From contig CAZIAP010000005.1 of NCBI GenBank assembly GCA_964537315.1, forward strand, positions 18,669 through 82,668: a stretch of 64,000 nucleotides of DNA, read 5' to 3'. Numbering within the stretch: position 1 is the first letter of the stretch; the number at the start of each line of letters is the position of its first letter. The notes under the pieces were generated by a model. It ran no database searches, was not told the origin of the DNA, and was given only the letters and a program-made list of their open reading frames with translations. Shown piece by piece: positions 29,679 through 39,908 of the stretch. The position numbers were made by a program, and so were the translations under genes. This DNA comes from an uncultured Gammaproteobacteria bacterium (lineage in GTDB: Bacteria > Patescibacteriota > Microgenomatia > Levybacterales > GWA1-39-11).

Positions 29679-29824
29679 GAAAAGATCTTCATTTTTCTAT
29701 TTTCGATTTGCAATTTTCAATTAATTATCAAACTTTCCAACTTCTTAACCTTTTAACTTTTTATCTTTAATCAACAACGTTTTAACCTTTTAATTTTTTA
29801 ATGAGTAATTCGTCAGCTGGCGGA

Positions 29825-31594
29825 TTAATATAGTTCAAAATTCTCGAGTAGCTTTTTATTTCCTTCAATCTGGTAGTTAAGCAAGTCAGAGTAAATACCT
29901 TGTTTTTTAGACAGTTGCTTAGGACTTCCATGATCTACAACCCTGCCACTATCAATTACAATTACTTTGTCTACGTTCTGAATAGTGGAGAATCTATGCG
30001 CAATAATAATTACGAGTTTATCTTTCATCAGATTTTCCAGTGCGTCTTGTACTTCTTTTTCACTTTTTGCATCCAGCGAGCTGGTTGCTTCGTCCATAAT
30101 GAGTATTGGTGCATTTTTCAGAATTGCGCGCGCAATCTGAATACGCTGCTTCTGTCCGCCTGAAAGTTTTACTCCGCGTTCACCGACAAGGCTGTTTATT
30201 CCTTCCGGTAGTTTTTGTACAAATTCATATGCATTTGCCTTTTTCAAAGCATCAATGATCATCTTCTCCGATGCTCCGGTTGTACCGTACTCAACATTCT
30301 CTTTTATTGTTGAAGAAAATAACTCGTTCTCCTGAAACACCAGCGATATGTTGCTACGGATATACTGATGTTCTAACTCAGTATAATCAACTCCATTCAG
30401 CAAAATTTTCCCGCTTGTTGGGTTATAAAACTTGAGAATCATATTTACAATAGTTGATTTTCCTGCTCCGCTATGACCGACTAAAGCAACTGTTTCATTA
30501 GGAGAAATTGTAAAAGATACATCGGACAAGACTCTATCATTTTTTTCGTATGCAAAACTGACATTATCAAATGTAATAGTTGGATTTTCAATTTTCTCAC
30601 TATTAACTGGTAGTGTATAGTCTTCAGCAGATTTAAGGTTAAGTACATCAAAATACTCTTTTGATCCGCTCTCGGCTCTTTGAATATTAGTTAAGATAAA
30701 TGACATTGCAAATAACGGTCTTCTGCTTTGCGTTACGAGCTGGAGTATTAATACCATCTCACCGATAGTTAAATCTCCCTGGAAAGTGTTATAGAAGACG
30801 ACTAAATTTATAGCTAATAAAACGATGTTGAGTGATAGTCCACGGAAGAAATCGAAGACATGAAACGTCTGACTTTGCTTGGCGTAAATTTTATTAATGT
30901 TTGTATAATTGGAAGAAATTTTATCGTATTCTTTTTTCTCTGTAATAAAGCTCTTAACCAGTCTTATGTTTCCAATTACTTCTTGAATTCGACCTCTGGA
31001 CTCGTCTTCTAATTTATTCTTTTTTACCTCTGACTCTCCCCATTTTTTTGTTGAATAATATGTAATTGTTATATATATAGGAAAGAGAATAATCATAAAA
31101 ATCGCAATTGGAAGACTGTAATATGCCAGAACAACCACAGTAAAAACAGCTTGCAAAAAAGAAGGAAGAGCAAAATTAGTCATGGTTTGAATAAAGCTTT
31201 GGATTGAGACAATTCCACGGCTTAATTGATTGACTATCTTTCCTGACATCTCAGAGTCAAAATAGGTAAGGGGTAGACGAAGTACTTTGTCATAAAATTT
31301 TTCCGTTAAAAACTTACCGAGTCTTGCTGCGAAGTGGTCACCTAAACGGTTGCTTACAGTTTGAGTTATGAGTGCCAGAATACTTATTAAAAATGCAGCG
31401 ACAATGAGTTGTATTAATGTTTGGATATCTCCGCCTTCTCCCTGTACAGACGCAACAATCTCATCAACAATAAATTTAGAGACAATAGGAGTTACCAGGT
31501 CAATTGCGGCACCAAATACAATTAGACCTGCAAGGATGCCTGCAATTCCGTGTAAAGGTTTAGCCAGTTTTATAATATTTACAATATTTTTCAT
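29825..31594 (-). CDS. ABC transporter, fused permease/ATPase (MsbA-like exporter)
   Basis: Six TM helices, Walker A GHSGAGKST, ABC signature LSGGQKQR, Walker B ILIMDEATS. Confidence 0.85.
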   Translation of the reverse strand: MKNIVNIIKLAKPLHGIAGILAGLIVFGAAIDLVTPIVSKFIVDEIVASVQGEGGDIQTLIQLIVAAFLISILALITQTVSNRLGDHFAARLGKFLTEKFYDKVLRLPLTYFDSEMSGKIVNQLSRGIVSIQSFIQTMTNFALPSFLQAVFTVVVLAYYSLPIAIFMIILFPIYITITYYSTKKWGESEVKKNKLEDESRGRIQEVIGNIRLVKSFITEKKEYDKISSNYTNINKIYAKQSQTFHVFDFFRGLSLNIVLLAINLVVFYNTFQGDLTIGEMVLILQLVTQSRRPLFAMSFILTNIQRAESGSKEYFDVLNLKSAEDYTLPVNSEKIENPTITFDNVSFAYEKNDRVLSDVSFTISPNETVALVGHSGAGKSTIVNMILKFYNPTSGKILLNGVDYTELEHQYIRSNISLVFQENELFSSTIKENVEYGTTGASEKMIIDALKKANAYEFVQKLPEGINSLVGERGVKLSGGQKQRIQIARAILKNAPILIMDEATSSLDAKSEKEVQDALENLMKDKLVIIIAHRFSTIQNVDKVIVIDSGRVVDHGSPKQLSKKQGIYSDLLNYQIEGNKKLLENFELY

Positions 31595-31684
31595 CCTTAT
31601 ACATTATAGTAAATGATATAAAAATAATCAGCGTCAAAATACTTCTTGCTTTCTGATAACACCCTTGTTTAAATAAATGTAGAG

Positions 31685-32443
31685 ATGAAAAGTTTGCTCA
31701 ATCAAAAACTTATTGCTACGTACGTTGTATTAGTGGTTGTAACTCTTTTAGGACTACTACTCATCAAAGAGTTGAATATATCATATCCTGTTCGTGTGAC
31801 TACCTCACAGGAATCAAATCTGTCTGTAGTAGGTGAGGGTAAAGTACAAGTTGTACCAGATCGTGCAAGTCTTGACGCTGGGATTCTAGTTACGAACGCG
31901 GCAACTATTGATGCTGCGCAGCAAGAGATTGACGAAAAAAATAATGCTATTGTAGAGGCTCTAACAAGACTAGGAATTGCGCAGGAAGATATTAAAACTT
32001 CTAATTACTCTGTAAACCCGAATCAGGACTTTAACCCTGGTGCTCCTGGAAGAATCACCGGATATAATGGAAATGTCACTATTACAATCACAGTCAGACA
32101 AATTGATTTAGTTCCTCAAGTAACACAAGCTGTAACAGAGGCAGGTGCAAATCAGGTTTACAATGTGAACTATACAGTTGAAAACCCTGAGAAATTCAGA
32201 GAAGAGGCACGCAATAAAGCAATAGAAAATGCACGCGAACAAGCAGAAAATTTAGCAAGTTCACTGGGAATTAGATTGGGTAAAGTAGTAAATGTAGTAG
32301 AGTCATCTCCAACTAATGGTTCAATTCCAATGTTTGATAGAAGTATGAGTTTAGAAGGAATGGGAGGAGCAAACGCGCCTGTCTTGCAGCCGGGAACTCA
32401 AGAAATTACCTCTGTGGTTACACTCTACTTTGAGAAAAGGTAA
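31685..32443 (+). CDS. SIMPL / DUF541 (BP26-like) periplasmic protein
   Basis: VVGEGKVQVVPDRASLDAGI...ITGYNGNVTITITVRQ matches SIMPL domain blocks. N-terminal TM/signal. Confidence 0.7.
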   Translation: MKSLLNQKLIATYVVLVVVTLLGLLLIKELNISYPVRVTTSQESNLSVVGEGKVQVVPDRASLDAGILVTNAATIDAAQQEIDEKNNAIVEALTRLGIAQEDIKTSNYSVNPNQDFNPGAPGRITGYNGNVTITITVRQIDLVPQVTQAVTEAGANQVYNVNYTVENPEKFREEARNKAIENAREQAENLASSLGIRLGKVVNVVESSPTNGSIPMFDRSMSLEGMGGANAPVLQPGTQEITSVVTLYFEKR

Positions 32444-32445
32444 AG

Positions 32446-33012
32446 TTAAATATCATCTAAGTCTAGATCATCTTTAATAAAATCTGTAAACGCTCCAAAA
32501 TCGCTATCTTGTTCTGCCATTAGATTTTTACTCTCTATTTTTTCCTGCTGAGTTAGATATCTGAGTTCAACTCCAGATTTTAAAACGCTTGTAAATATTG
32601 CCCTTCCTACCTCATAGTGTACATGTGGTAGATCTTGACCGTTAAAAAGATTAAGTTCTTCACACTTTGCAAAGACTGCATCTTTAATTTCATCAATATC
32701 CTTCTCATTGCCTATCTCGTAACCGGCAAGCATAATAGAACTAATACCTATATTCATTTCCGGTTGAGAAATAGAAAAGTTAGCATAATTTAAATCTTTT
32801 AACTGGTTTGAGATGGCAGAAAGAACTGGTTTATCCCAACCCGTACCAAGGTGTTTTTCTATTTCTGTATATACAACAGTTATTCTTTCAATATGCTGAG
32901 GATGCCATTTTCTGATATCAAAGCTGTATTGTTCGTGTAGGAAATGGCTAAGTATCGGAGATCGGCTTAGTATCTCTTCTCGTTTGATAAATTCGGGTCG
33001 TTCCCTTTCCAT
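32446..33012 (-). CDS. Hypothetical protein
   Basis: ORF with an acidic C-terminus. No motif recognised. Confidence 0.45.
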   Translation of the reverse strand: MERERPEFIKREEILSRSPILSHFLHEQYSFDIRKWHPQHIERITVVYTEIEKHLGTGWDKPVLSAISNQLKDLNYANFSISQPEMNIGISSIMLAGYEIGNEKDIDEIKDAVFAKCEELNLFNGQDLPHVHYEVGRAIFTSVLKSGVELRYLTQQEKIESKNLMAEQDSDFGAFTDFIKDDLDLDDI

Positions 33013-33082
33013 AAAATTAAGTTGAAGTATATCACCAATCTATTTTATAGACAATCAGATTATGCTGTACTACAATTGAGAC

Positions 33083-34831
33083 ATGAAACGGATGATACTT
33101 TCTTTAATAATTTTATTTCTCATGTTTGCAAAACCGATTTTTGCTCAGGAAGTCTGGGAGATAACAAACTTTGAGAGCAACATTCAGATCCAACAGTCTG
33201 GCGAAGTAAAAGTCGCTGAAAAAATATCAGTTAACTTTGGTACACAGGAAAAGCATGGAATCTACAGAGATATTCCCGTAGTGTATACCAATGATGATGG
33301 CTCAAAATATCACACGGAGATTAAAGACGTAAGTGTGTCAGGTCATGAGTCAAAAATCACCAGAGAAGGTGATTTTCTGCGTATACGAATAGGGGATCCG
33401 GATGTGACAGTGAGTGGAGAACAGGAATATAACATTGCATATACAGCTGTAGGAGTGCTTAGGGGTTTTGAGAATTTTGATGAGTTGTATTGGAATGTTA
33501 CAGGGAATTACTGGGAAGTTCCTATCAGACGCACATCAGCAACCGTGATGCTTGAAGGAGGGGACATAGGAAATGTTGCTTGTTATGTTGGTAATCTTGG
33601 ATCAACCGAAAACTGTGATTCTAGTGTATCTAGAAGTACTGCTAGATTTTTTGCACAGTCACTTGATTCTGGTCAAGGAATGACTGTGGCTACATCTTAT
33701 CCCAAAGGTATTACAGAGATTCCATTAGTAAAATCTTTTGCAGATAAAGTTTTGTCATTGCCAGCTATACTTACCTTTGGTGTTTCACTGGCTGCGGGTA
33801 TTGGTGCAATATTTCTTTTATGGTCACATAAAGGAAGAGATTTATGGATGCGAGGAAAACATCTTTTTGATCCTCACGCCAAAGAGGAGAAAAGACCACT
33901 ATTTCATAAAGATACAGTTGTAGTGGAATACTTACCGCCTGATAATCTCAGACCGGCAGAAGTTGGTGTAATTATGGACGAGAGAGCTAATACCCTGGAT
34001 GTAACCGGCACAATCATAGACTTGGCTACCCGGGGTTATTTAACAATTACCGAAGAAGAAAAGAAGTGGAAGTTTGGGTCGGCTGATTATATATTCAATA
34101 GGCTCAATAAAGATACTAAAGATCTTTTAAAATATGAGCAGGAACTTCTGGAGAGGTTATTTGAAAAAGGCGATTTGGTTAAAATGTCACATCTTAAAAA
34201 ATCATTTTACACAGACTTAAAGGAAGTAAAGAATCAGTTATACAGGGATATGGTTGAGAAAGGATTTTTTCCCTCCAATCCTGAAAATACCAGAGCTATG
34301 TATTTAGGGATTGCATTTGTCGGATTAGTTTTTGCTGGAGTTTTATTGATATTTTCGATAAATATTGAAAACGAATTTCTATTTTCGATAGCGATAGCTA
34401 CTGTAATTACAGGATTTAATTTACTAATTGTGTCAAGATTTATGTCACGGAGAACTGCTAAAGGTTATGAGATGTCTAGACGTATCAATGGTTATCGTCT
34501 ATTTATTGAGAATGTAGAAAAACACAGACAGAAGTTTTTTGAAAGTAAAAATATGTTTAATATAGTCCTACCCTATGCGATAATATTTGGACTTACGGGA
34601 AAGTTTGCGAATGCTATGAAAGATATGGGTGTAGAGCCTAGTACTGCAACCGCAGGGTGGTACTATGGCGCACACGCGTTTAATATATCTAGTTTTGAAA
34701 ATAGTATGTCAAACTTTTCTCAGTCTGTGGGCGCGGCTATGGCATCAACTCCTTCCGGCAGCGGGTCAGGAAGTGGCGGAGGAGGATTTTCCGGCGGAGG
34801 TTTCGGCGGTGGCGGCGGTGGAAGCTGGTAA
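33083..34831 (+). CDS. DUF2207 membrane protein with Gly-rich C-terminus
   Basis: Signal peptide, large extracytoplasmic domain, TM helices, terminal GGGFSGGGFGGGGGGSW typical of DUF2207. Confidence 0.65.
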   Translation: MKRMILSLIILFLMFAKPIFAQEVWEITNFESNIQIQQSGEVKVAEKISVNFGTQEKHGIYRDIPVVYTNDDGSKYHTEIKDVSVSGHESKITREGDFLRIRIGDPDVTVSGEQEYNIAYTAVGVLRGFENFDELYWNVTGNYWEVPIRRTSATVMLEGGDIGNVACYVGNLGSTENCDSSVSRSTARFFAQSLDSGQGMTVATSYPKGITEIPLVKSFADKVLSLPAILTFGVSLAAGIGAIFLLWSHKGRDLWMRGKHLFDPHAKEEKRPLFHKDTVVVEYLPPDNLRPAEVGVIMDERANTLDVTGTIIDLATRGYLTITEEEKKWKFGSADYIFNRLNKDTKDLLKYEQELLERLFEKGDLVKMSHLKKSFYTDLKEVKNQLYRDMVEKGFFPSNPENTRAMYLGIAFVGLVFAGVLLIFSINIENEFLFSIAIATVITGFNLLIVSRFMSRRTAKGYEMSRRINGYRLFIENVEKHRQKFFESKNMFNIVLPYAIIFGLTGKFANAMKDMGVEPSTATAGWYYGAHAFNISSFENSMSNFSQSVGAAMASTPSGSGSGSGGGGFSGGGFGGGGGGSW

Positions 34832-34862
34832 TCCGGTATTAAATTATTAACGAGTTAAAGAG

Positions 34863-35288
34863 TTATTTTTCTTTTAATAGTTTAAGACCTGTTTCTTCAT
34901 CATTCTCTCTTTCAAAGTATGCATCTAATTTGGTTATTATAACTTCTCCTGTACCTGAGATTCTCATACTATGTAAGTGACCGCCAACAGTACTGTAGTC
35001 TTTTTTACCAAGTGTTACATGTGCATGCATCATCCGTTTTCCATCTGCGTATCCAATATTACCTGTTAAGTTAAGTAATTCGCATTCTTCATTTAAAGTT
35101 TTCTTAATATATTCTCTTTTTTCAAGATCATAATAACTTAACTCAGTTTGATCAACTGCACCAAGTCCTTGAACCCATGCGGCATCAATATTTTTCTCAT
35201 CACAAAACGAAAGCACTTCTGACACTAATTCTTCTCCACGAAGAATTCTTAAAATAAATTTTGAATCTTTTTCGTAAATTACTTTCAT
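34863..35288 (-). CDS. PPC (DUF296) domain protein
   Basis: ELLNLTGNIGYADGKRMMHAHVTLGKKDYSTVGGHLHSMRISGTGEVIITKL fits the PPC consensus (L.G.i......H.Hv.l.d..G...GGHL....V..t.Evvi.el). Confidence 0.55.
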   Translation of the reverse strand: MKVIYEKDSKFILRILRGEELVSEVLSFCDEKNIDAAWVQGLGAVDQTELSYYDLEKREYIKKTLNEECELLNLTGNIGYADGKRMMHAHVTLGKKDYSTVGGHLHSMRISGTGEVIITKLDAYFERENDEETGLKLLKEK

Positions 35289-35573
35289 TTATGCGTTAGA
35301 CTTATCTGTAAAATCAAAAGTCTCTCCTGTGATTTGCAAATGCGCTCCTTTTAGTCTCCCTCCGATAGCGTCGATTGCATTTTTTGTTCCAAGTCCTATG
35401 ATAGTAGAGATACCTTCTTCAAGTGTAGCTTCTGATGAGCCTATTTCAGTATATTGGTGAGACGGACATTCTGATCTTACAAATTCTAAAATAGATTTAA
35501 TCTCTGAAGCTTGATCGGTTGGATAAGAAAACTTATACATTTTAATATCGATATTAGAGTTTCGTTCAGTCAT
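35289..35573 (-). CDS. Hypothetical protein, translationally coupled (TAA then ATG) to the PPC gene
   Basis: 94-aa ORF whose stop directly abuts the next start codon. Confidence 0.4.
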   Translation of the reverse strand: MTERNSNIDIKMYKFSYPTDQASEIKSILEFVRSECPSHQYTEIGSSEATLEEGISTIIGLGTKNAIDAIGGRLKGAHLQITGETFDFTDKSNA

Positions 35574-35618
35574 ATGGTCTATATTATACAGGATAATTCT
35601 ACTGCTTCGTGTTTAGTT

Positions 35619-36242
35619 TTAACCCAGGTGTGCATGGTCATTCCAAGTTATCAAACCCCACAACCCCTCTGGGTTTCTTTCGCATACTGTTATTCCTGTA
35701 TTGCTGGTTTTAAGGGCTAAATGTAAGTGATGAAATTCATCGTGATTAAGCGTGTCTCCGAACAAGATCAGTCCTATGAGCATACGTAGAAAGACAGAAT
35801 GAGTGACGGCAAGAATGTTTTCTTCTTTAAACAAAGTTAGATAACCAAAAAATTCAATCGCGCGAGCTTTAAGGTCGTGAAAATTTTCTTCGTCTGAGTA
35901 ATGCCAGTCCTTCAATCTAGCATTGCGCATAAGCATCTCTTTTAAACGTACGGCTTCTGGATCATCCATTTTTTTACCTTCTAGTTCTTTAGGTCTTTTT
36001 ACTTCACCTAATAGCTCGGTATAAAAAACCTGTTTGTTCAACACTTTATTAATTTCTTCGGTAGTCTGCTGTGCACGAAGATATGGACTGGAGATAATAA
36101 TATCGATCGGAATATCTCTGAATCTATTGGCTACAAATCTTGCTTGCTGTACACCCTTTGGAGAAAGTTCTGTATCTCTGCCTTGTTGAATCTTCTGTTC
36201 GTTTAGTTTAGTTTCTCCGTGCCTGATAAAGTAGAGCTTCAT
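35619..36242 (-). CDS. Histidine phosphatase family protein (phosphoglycerate-mutase-like)
   Basis: LYFIRHGET N-terminal RHG motif and a second His in ...AVTHSVF. Confidence 0.7.
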   Translation of the reverse strand: MKLYFIRHGETKLNEQKIQQGRDTELSPKGVQQARFVANRFRDIPIDIIISSPYLRAQQTTEEINKVLNKQVFYTELLGEVKRPKELEGKKMDDPEAVRLKEMLMRNARLKDWHYSDEENFHDLKARAIEFFGYLTLFKEENILAVTHSVFLRMLIGLILFGDTLNHDEFHHLHLALKTSNTGITVCERNPEGLWGLITWNDHAHLG

Positions 36243-36328
36243 TGAATAACATTATACAACAAGATATAAAATCAGTATTCAGAATACGCGCACTGAATAA
36301 TTTTATTGATTTAGTATAATAGACATCT

Positions 36329-37402
36329 ATGAAAAAGCTTCTGATAGTATTGATATTACTTGGTGCAGGGATTTTTTTTTATATGAAGAAAACTTCTCAG
36401 CCAAGTCCTGCGATACTTTCAGAGAAGAATGTTCCTAAATCAGCACAGAAAGTAACACCCTCAAATGCTGAAGCAGATAAATCAGTTTTTATTCCCTATT
36501 GGACTGTAGCGTCTGAAAAACCTTTAGATGAATACGAAGAGGCATATTATTTTGGAATCGAAGCTGATACTAACGGCATAAAAAGGGATGAAATCGGGTA
36601 TTCACGAATAAATCAGTTTTTGGATAAGACTCAGGGAATAAAAAGACAAATACTAGTGGTAAGGATGGTAGATAAAGAGGTAAATGGCGAGGTTTCTAAA
36701 GATCCTGAAGCTCAAAAAAAGATTGCAGCTGAATCAACACAGATTGCTAAGGAACATAAGTTTGACGGGGTAATGCTTGATTTTGAAATATCAAGTATAT
36801 CTTTTGAAGAAGTTACAAATAGAACTACTAATTTTTATACAATTTTTTCTGAAGAAGTAAAAAAGGTTAACTTACTATTCTATAGTGCGCTTTATGGTGA
36901 TACTTACTATCGAGTCAGAGCATACGATGTAAAAAAAATTGGTGAATTATCAGATAAAGTTGTAATTATGTCATATGACTTTCATAAATCTAGAGGCAAT
37001 CCGGGTCCAAATTTTCCTTTAGATGGTAGAGAAACTTACGGATATGATTTTAAGCAAATGATTGAGGATTTTATGAACGATGTACCTGAAGAAAAGCTTG
37101 AAGTTGCTTTTGGAATGTTTGGATATGACTGGAAGGTAGATAACGAAGATAAGGCAACTACTTCAGGCTCACCACTCTCTACAAGTGAGATAACAATCAA
37201 CTATATAGATTCCTGTGGTCAAAAAAAATGCAAATGGGAACGTGATCGGGTTTCACAGGAGATAAAAGCAGAATACATAAGCCAGGAGGATGAGCAGCAT
37301 ATTATTTGGTTTGAGGATAATGAATCTACCAAACGAAAGAAAGATTATATACAAAATATTGGTATCTCGCAGGTTTCCTACTGGGCGTATTCATACTATT
37401 GA
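36329..37402 (+). CDS. Glycoside hydrolase family 18-like protein
   Basis: FDGVMLDFE resembles the GH18 catalytic DG.D.DWE motif. TM/signal N-terminus. Confidence 0.5.
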   Translation: MKKLLIVLILLGAGIFFYMKKTSQPSPAILSEKNVPKSAQKVTPSNAEADKSVFIPYWTVASEKPLDEYEEAYYFGIEADTNGIKRDEIGYSRINQFLDKTQGIKRQILVVRMVDKEVNGEVSKDPEAQKKIAAESTQIAKEHKFDGVMLDFEISSISFEEVTNRTTNFYTIFSEEVKKVNLLFYSALYGDTYYRVRAYDVKKIGELSDKVVIMSYDFHKSRGNPGPNFPLDGRETYGYDFKQMIEDFMNDVPEEKLEVAFGMFGYDWKVDNEDKATTSGSPLSTSEITINYIDSCGQKKCKWERDRVSQEIKAEYISQEDEQHIIWFEDNESTKRKKDYIQNIGISQVSYWAYSYY

Positions 37403-37428
37403 GTATCCAGTATTCAGTATCCAGTATT
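37402..37428. repeat. Tandem heptamer (AGTATYC)x4
   Basis: agtatccagtattcagtatccagtatt. Contains the CAGTATTCAG motif also found at 36273. Confidence 0.7.
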
Positions 37429-37544
37429 AAAGAGTTAGGAGTGAGCTAATAGCTATCCTAGTCGCTTTGCAGGATTCTTACATACCCTTAACCCCTGTCT
37501 TATAGCTGGCCACTATATTAGGTATTATCGATAAATCCTTAGTA

Positions 37545-38216
37545 TTGGTCATGAAAAGCAGGGCAGGGACCATAGCAAATTTTCGAAGGCAAGATGGTGT
37601 CTCTCCAGAAAAGGGAGACACCATTTTTATTGATGAACAAAAACATCCCAAGCACCCAAAACGGGTAAACGCAGATCGCCAAACAGATGAAGAACAAAAA
37701 TACGGTAAGCAACAGCAAAAAAATGATAACCCTATTCCCAATTTAAAAGACGAAACACACTCCGCTGAGATTAAAATTTCAGATCCCTCCCGAACTTTAG
37801 AAGAAATTGCTGTAAATAGTGCAAGGATTGTATACCACATCCAAACTGTATTTCCTTTTGTTGTTTTTACTGATGAAGTGATAGCAGATGAGGAAAAGTT
37901 GAGTGTAGTAATAGGCAGGTTTTTTAAGAGTGGTTATATGAGAAGCGTGATGTTAAAAGATATTGCAAATGTAAGTGTAGACACTAGTATTTTATTTGCT
38001 TCGCTGACAATTATTGATAGAAACTTTATACAAGATCCGCTTGTAGTTAAGTATCTTAAAAAGAATGAAGCGTTAAGAATGCGAAGAATATTGATGGGTT
38101 TAATAATTGCTAATAATAATAAGGTTAGTCTTTCAGAGTACTCATTGGAAGAGATTCGTGAGTATACAGAAGAAATTGGTCGCGCTCGTGACGATAGCTC
38201 TGTATCATCTATCTAG
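37545..38216 (+). CDS. Hypothetical protein, K/Q-rich N-terminus and possible bPH-like C-terminal domain (start uncertain)
   Basis: Long ORF. C-terminal part looks protein-like, N-terminal low complexity. Competes with a Cys-rich minus-strand ORF judged spurious. Confidence 0.35.
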   Translation: MVMKSRAGTIANFRRQDGVSPEKGDTIFIDEQKHPKHPKRVNADRQTDEEQKYGKQQQKNDNPIPNLKDETHSAEIKISDPSRTLEEIAVNSARIVYHIQTVFPFVVFTDEVIADEEKLSVVIGRFFKSGYMRSVMLKDIANVSVDTSILFASLTIIDRNFIQDPLVVKYLKKNEALRMRRILMGLIIANNNKVSLSEYSLEEIREYTEEIGRARDDSSVSSI

Positions 38217-38557
38217 CGACTTTTAAGCAGAGTATTCATGAACGATGAGACTAAAGATACTATAACGCTGAAACCAAGTGCCCACCAAAAATTTACTACC
38301 TCAAATCCATTTACTCCCCAGCTGATTAACATTACAAGCAGAGCATTGATCACAAACATAAACAATCCAAGTGTTAAAACTGTAATTGGAAGTGTGATAA
38401 TAGTAATTATCGGCTTAATAAACATATTAATTACTCCAAGTATTATCGCGACTACAAGTGCAGTCCAAAAATCATCGATACGTACTCCCTCAGATAATAG
38501 ATATGATGCGACTAATATAGAGAGCGTAGTTACTAATAAGTTAAGAAGTAAGTTCAT
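38213..38557 (-). CDS. Four-TM membrane protein, YvlD / phage-holin-4-like
   Basis: Strongly hydrophobic 114-aa protein with four helices. Confidence 0.55.
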   Translation of the reverse strand: MNLLLNLLVTTLSILVASYLLSEGVRIDDFWTALVVAIILGVINMFIKPIITIITLPITVLTLGLFMFVINALLVMLISWGVNGFEVVNFWWALGFSVIVSLVSSFMNTLLKSR

Positions 38558-38648
38558 ATTTTTATCTTACTTACAAGATAACCTTATTGTCAACCAGCTT
38601 CAATAACACAAATTTTGTAAGAAAAACTAGCTAAATCTTGAATACCTC

Positions 38649-38677
38649 TTGACGTAATTAGTTTTATAATGTATATT
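38649..38677 (+). promoter_or_regulatory. Candidate sigma-70-type promoter for tuf
   Basis: TTGACG, 17-bp spacer, TATATT, about 47 bp upstream of the tuf ATG. Confidence 0.4.
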
Positions 38678-38723
38678 ATCATCACACCTAAAAAAAAGGG
38701 TGTTTTTATTTGGGGAAACCAAT

Positions 38724-39908
38724 ATGGCTGACACAAAATTTGAACGAACAAAACCACACGTAAATATCGGAACCATCGGTCACGTAGACCATGGTAAGAC
38801 AACTACAACAGCTGCAATTGCTACTGTTCTTTCTAAAAAAGGACAATCAAAGGCAATGAAGTATGAAGATATCGACAACGCACCTGAAGAAAAGGCTCGC
38901 GGTGTTACGATTAATATTTCTCACATTGAGTACGAAACTGAAAAGCGTCACTATGCACACATTGATGCTCCAGGTCACGCAGACTATATTAAGAACATGA
39001 TTACCGGTGCTGCACAAATGGACGGAGCTATCCTTGTTGTGTCTGCAGCTGATGGACCAATGCCTCAGACTCGAGAACACATTCTACTTGCTCGCCAAGT
39101 AGGAGTACCATCAATTGTTGTATACCTTAACAAGTGTGACATGGTTGAAGATCCAGAACTTCTTGATCTTGTTGAAATGGAAGTTAGAGAGTTGTTATCA
39201 AAACAAAAATATGATGGTGATAACACACCTATTATTAGAGGCTCATCACTAAAAGCACTTGAAGGAGACGCAGAATATGAAAATAAGATCGTTGAGCTTA
39301 TGAATGCAGTTGATGAGTTCATTCCAACTCCAGAGAGGCCAGTTGATCAACCATTCTTGATGCCTGTTGAGGATGTTTTCTCAATCAAAGGACGAGGAAC
39401 AGTTGTTACAGGACGTATTGAGCGCGGTGTTGTAAAAGTAAACGAAACAGTACAAATCGTAGGAATTAAAGCTAACCAAGACACAGTTGTTACCGGTGTT
39501 GAGATGTTCCGAAAACTTCTTGATGAAGGACAAGCTGGTGATAATGTTGGATTACTTCTAAGAGGTATCGAAAAAGACGATGTTGAAAGAGGACAAGTTC
39601 TTGCAAAACCAGGATCAATTACTCCTCACTCAGAGTTTGAAGCTGAAGTTTACATCTTAACCAAAGAAGAAGGCGGACGTCATACACCTTTCTTCTCAGG
39701 ATACAGACCTCAGTTCTACATCAGAACAACTGACGTAACAGGAGAAATCAAACTTCAGGAAGGTGTAGAAATGGTTATGCCTGGAGATAACGCAAAAATG
39801 AATGTTAAACTAATCGTTCCAGTCGCTATGGAAGACGGAATGAGATTCGCTATCCGTGAAGGTGGACGAACAGTAGGTGCAGGTGTAGTTACAAAAATTA
39901 CTAAATAA
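38724..39908 (+). CDS. tuf: Elongation factor Tu
   Basis: [27 protein letters not shown]...DAPGHADY...NKCD, conserved full length. Start adjusted. Confidence 0.95.
   Translation: MADTKFERTKPHVNIGTIGHVDHGKTTTTAAIATVLSKKGQSKAMKYEDIDNAPEEKARGVTINISHIEYETEKRHYAHIDAPGHADYIKNMITGAAQMDGAILVVSAADGPMPQTREHILLARQVGVPSIVVYLNKCDMVEDPELLDLVEMEVRELLSKQKYDGDNTPIIRGSSLKALEGDAEYENKIVELMNAVDEFIPTPERPVDQPFLMPVEDVFSIKGRGTVVTGRIERGVVKVNETVQIVGIKANQDTVVTGVEMFRKLLDEGQAGDNVGLLLRGIEKDDVERGQVLAKPGSITPHSEFEAEVYILTKEEGGRHTPFFSGYRPQFYIRTTDVTGEIKLQEGVEMVMPGDNAKMNVKLIVPVAMEDGMRFAIREGGRTVGAGVVTKITK

Noticed and set aside
37478-37840. 120-aa Cys-rich minus-strand ORF
   Set aside because: Eleven Cys with no motif. Overlaps a plus-strand ORF with more typical codon usage. 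Neither is strongly supported.
38238-38606. 122-aa plus-strand ORF opposite the holin-like gene
   Set aside because: The antisense minus-strand four-TM protein is far more convincing.
38590-39322. Minus-strand ORFs inside tuf (38590..38802, 38847..39080, 39065..39322)
   Set aside because: Antisense to EF-Tu.
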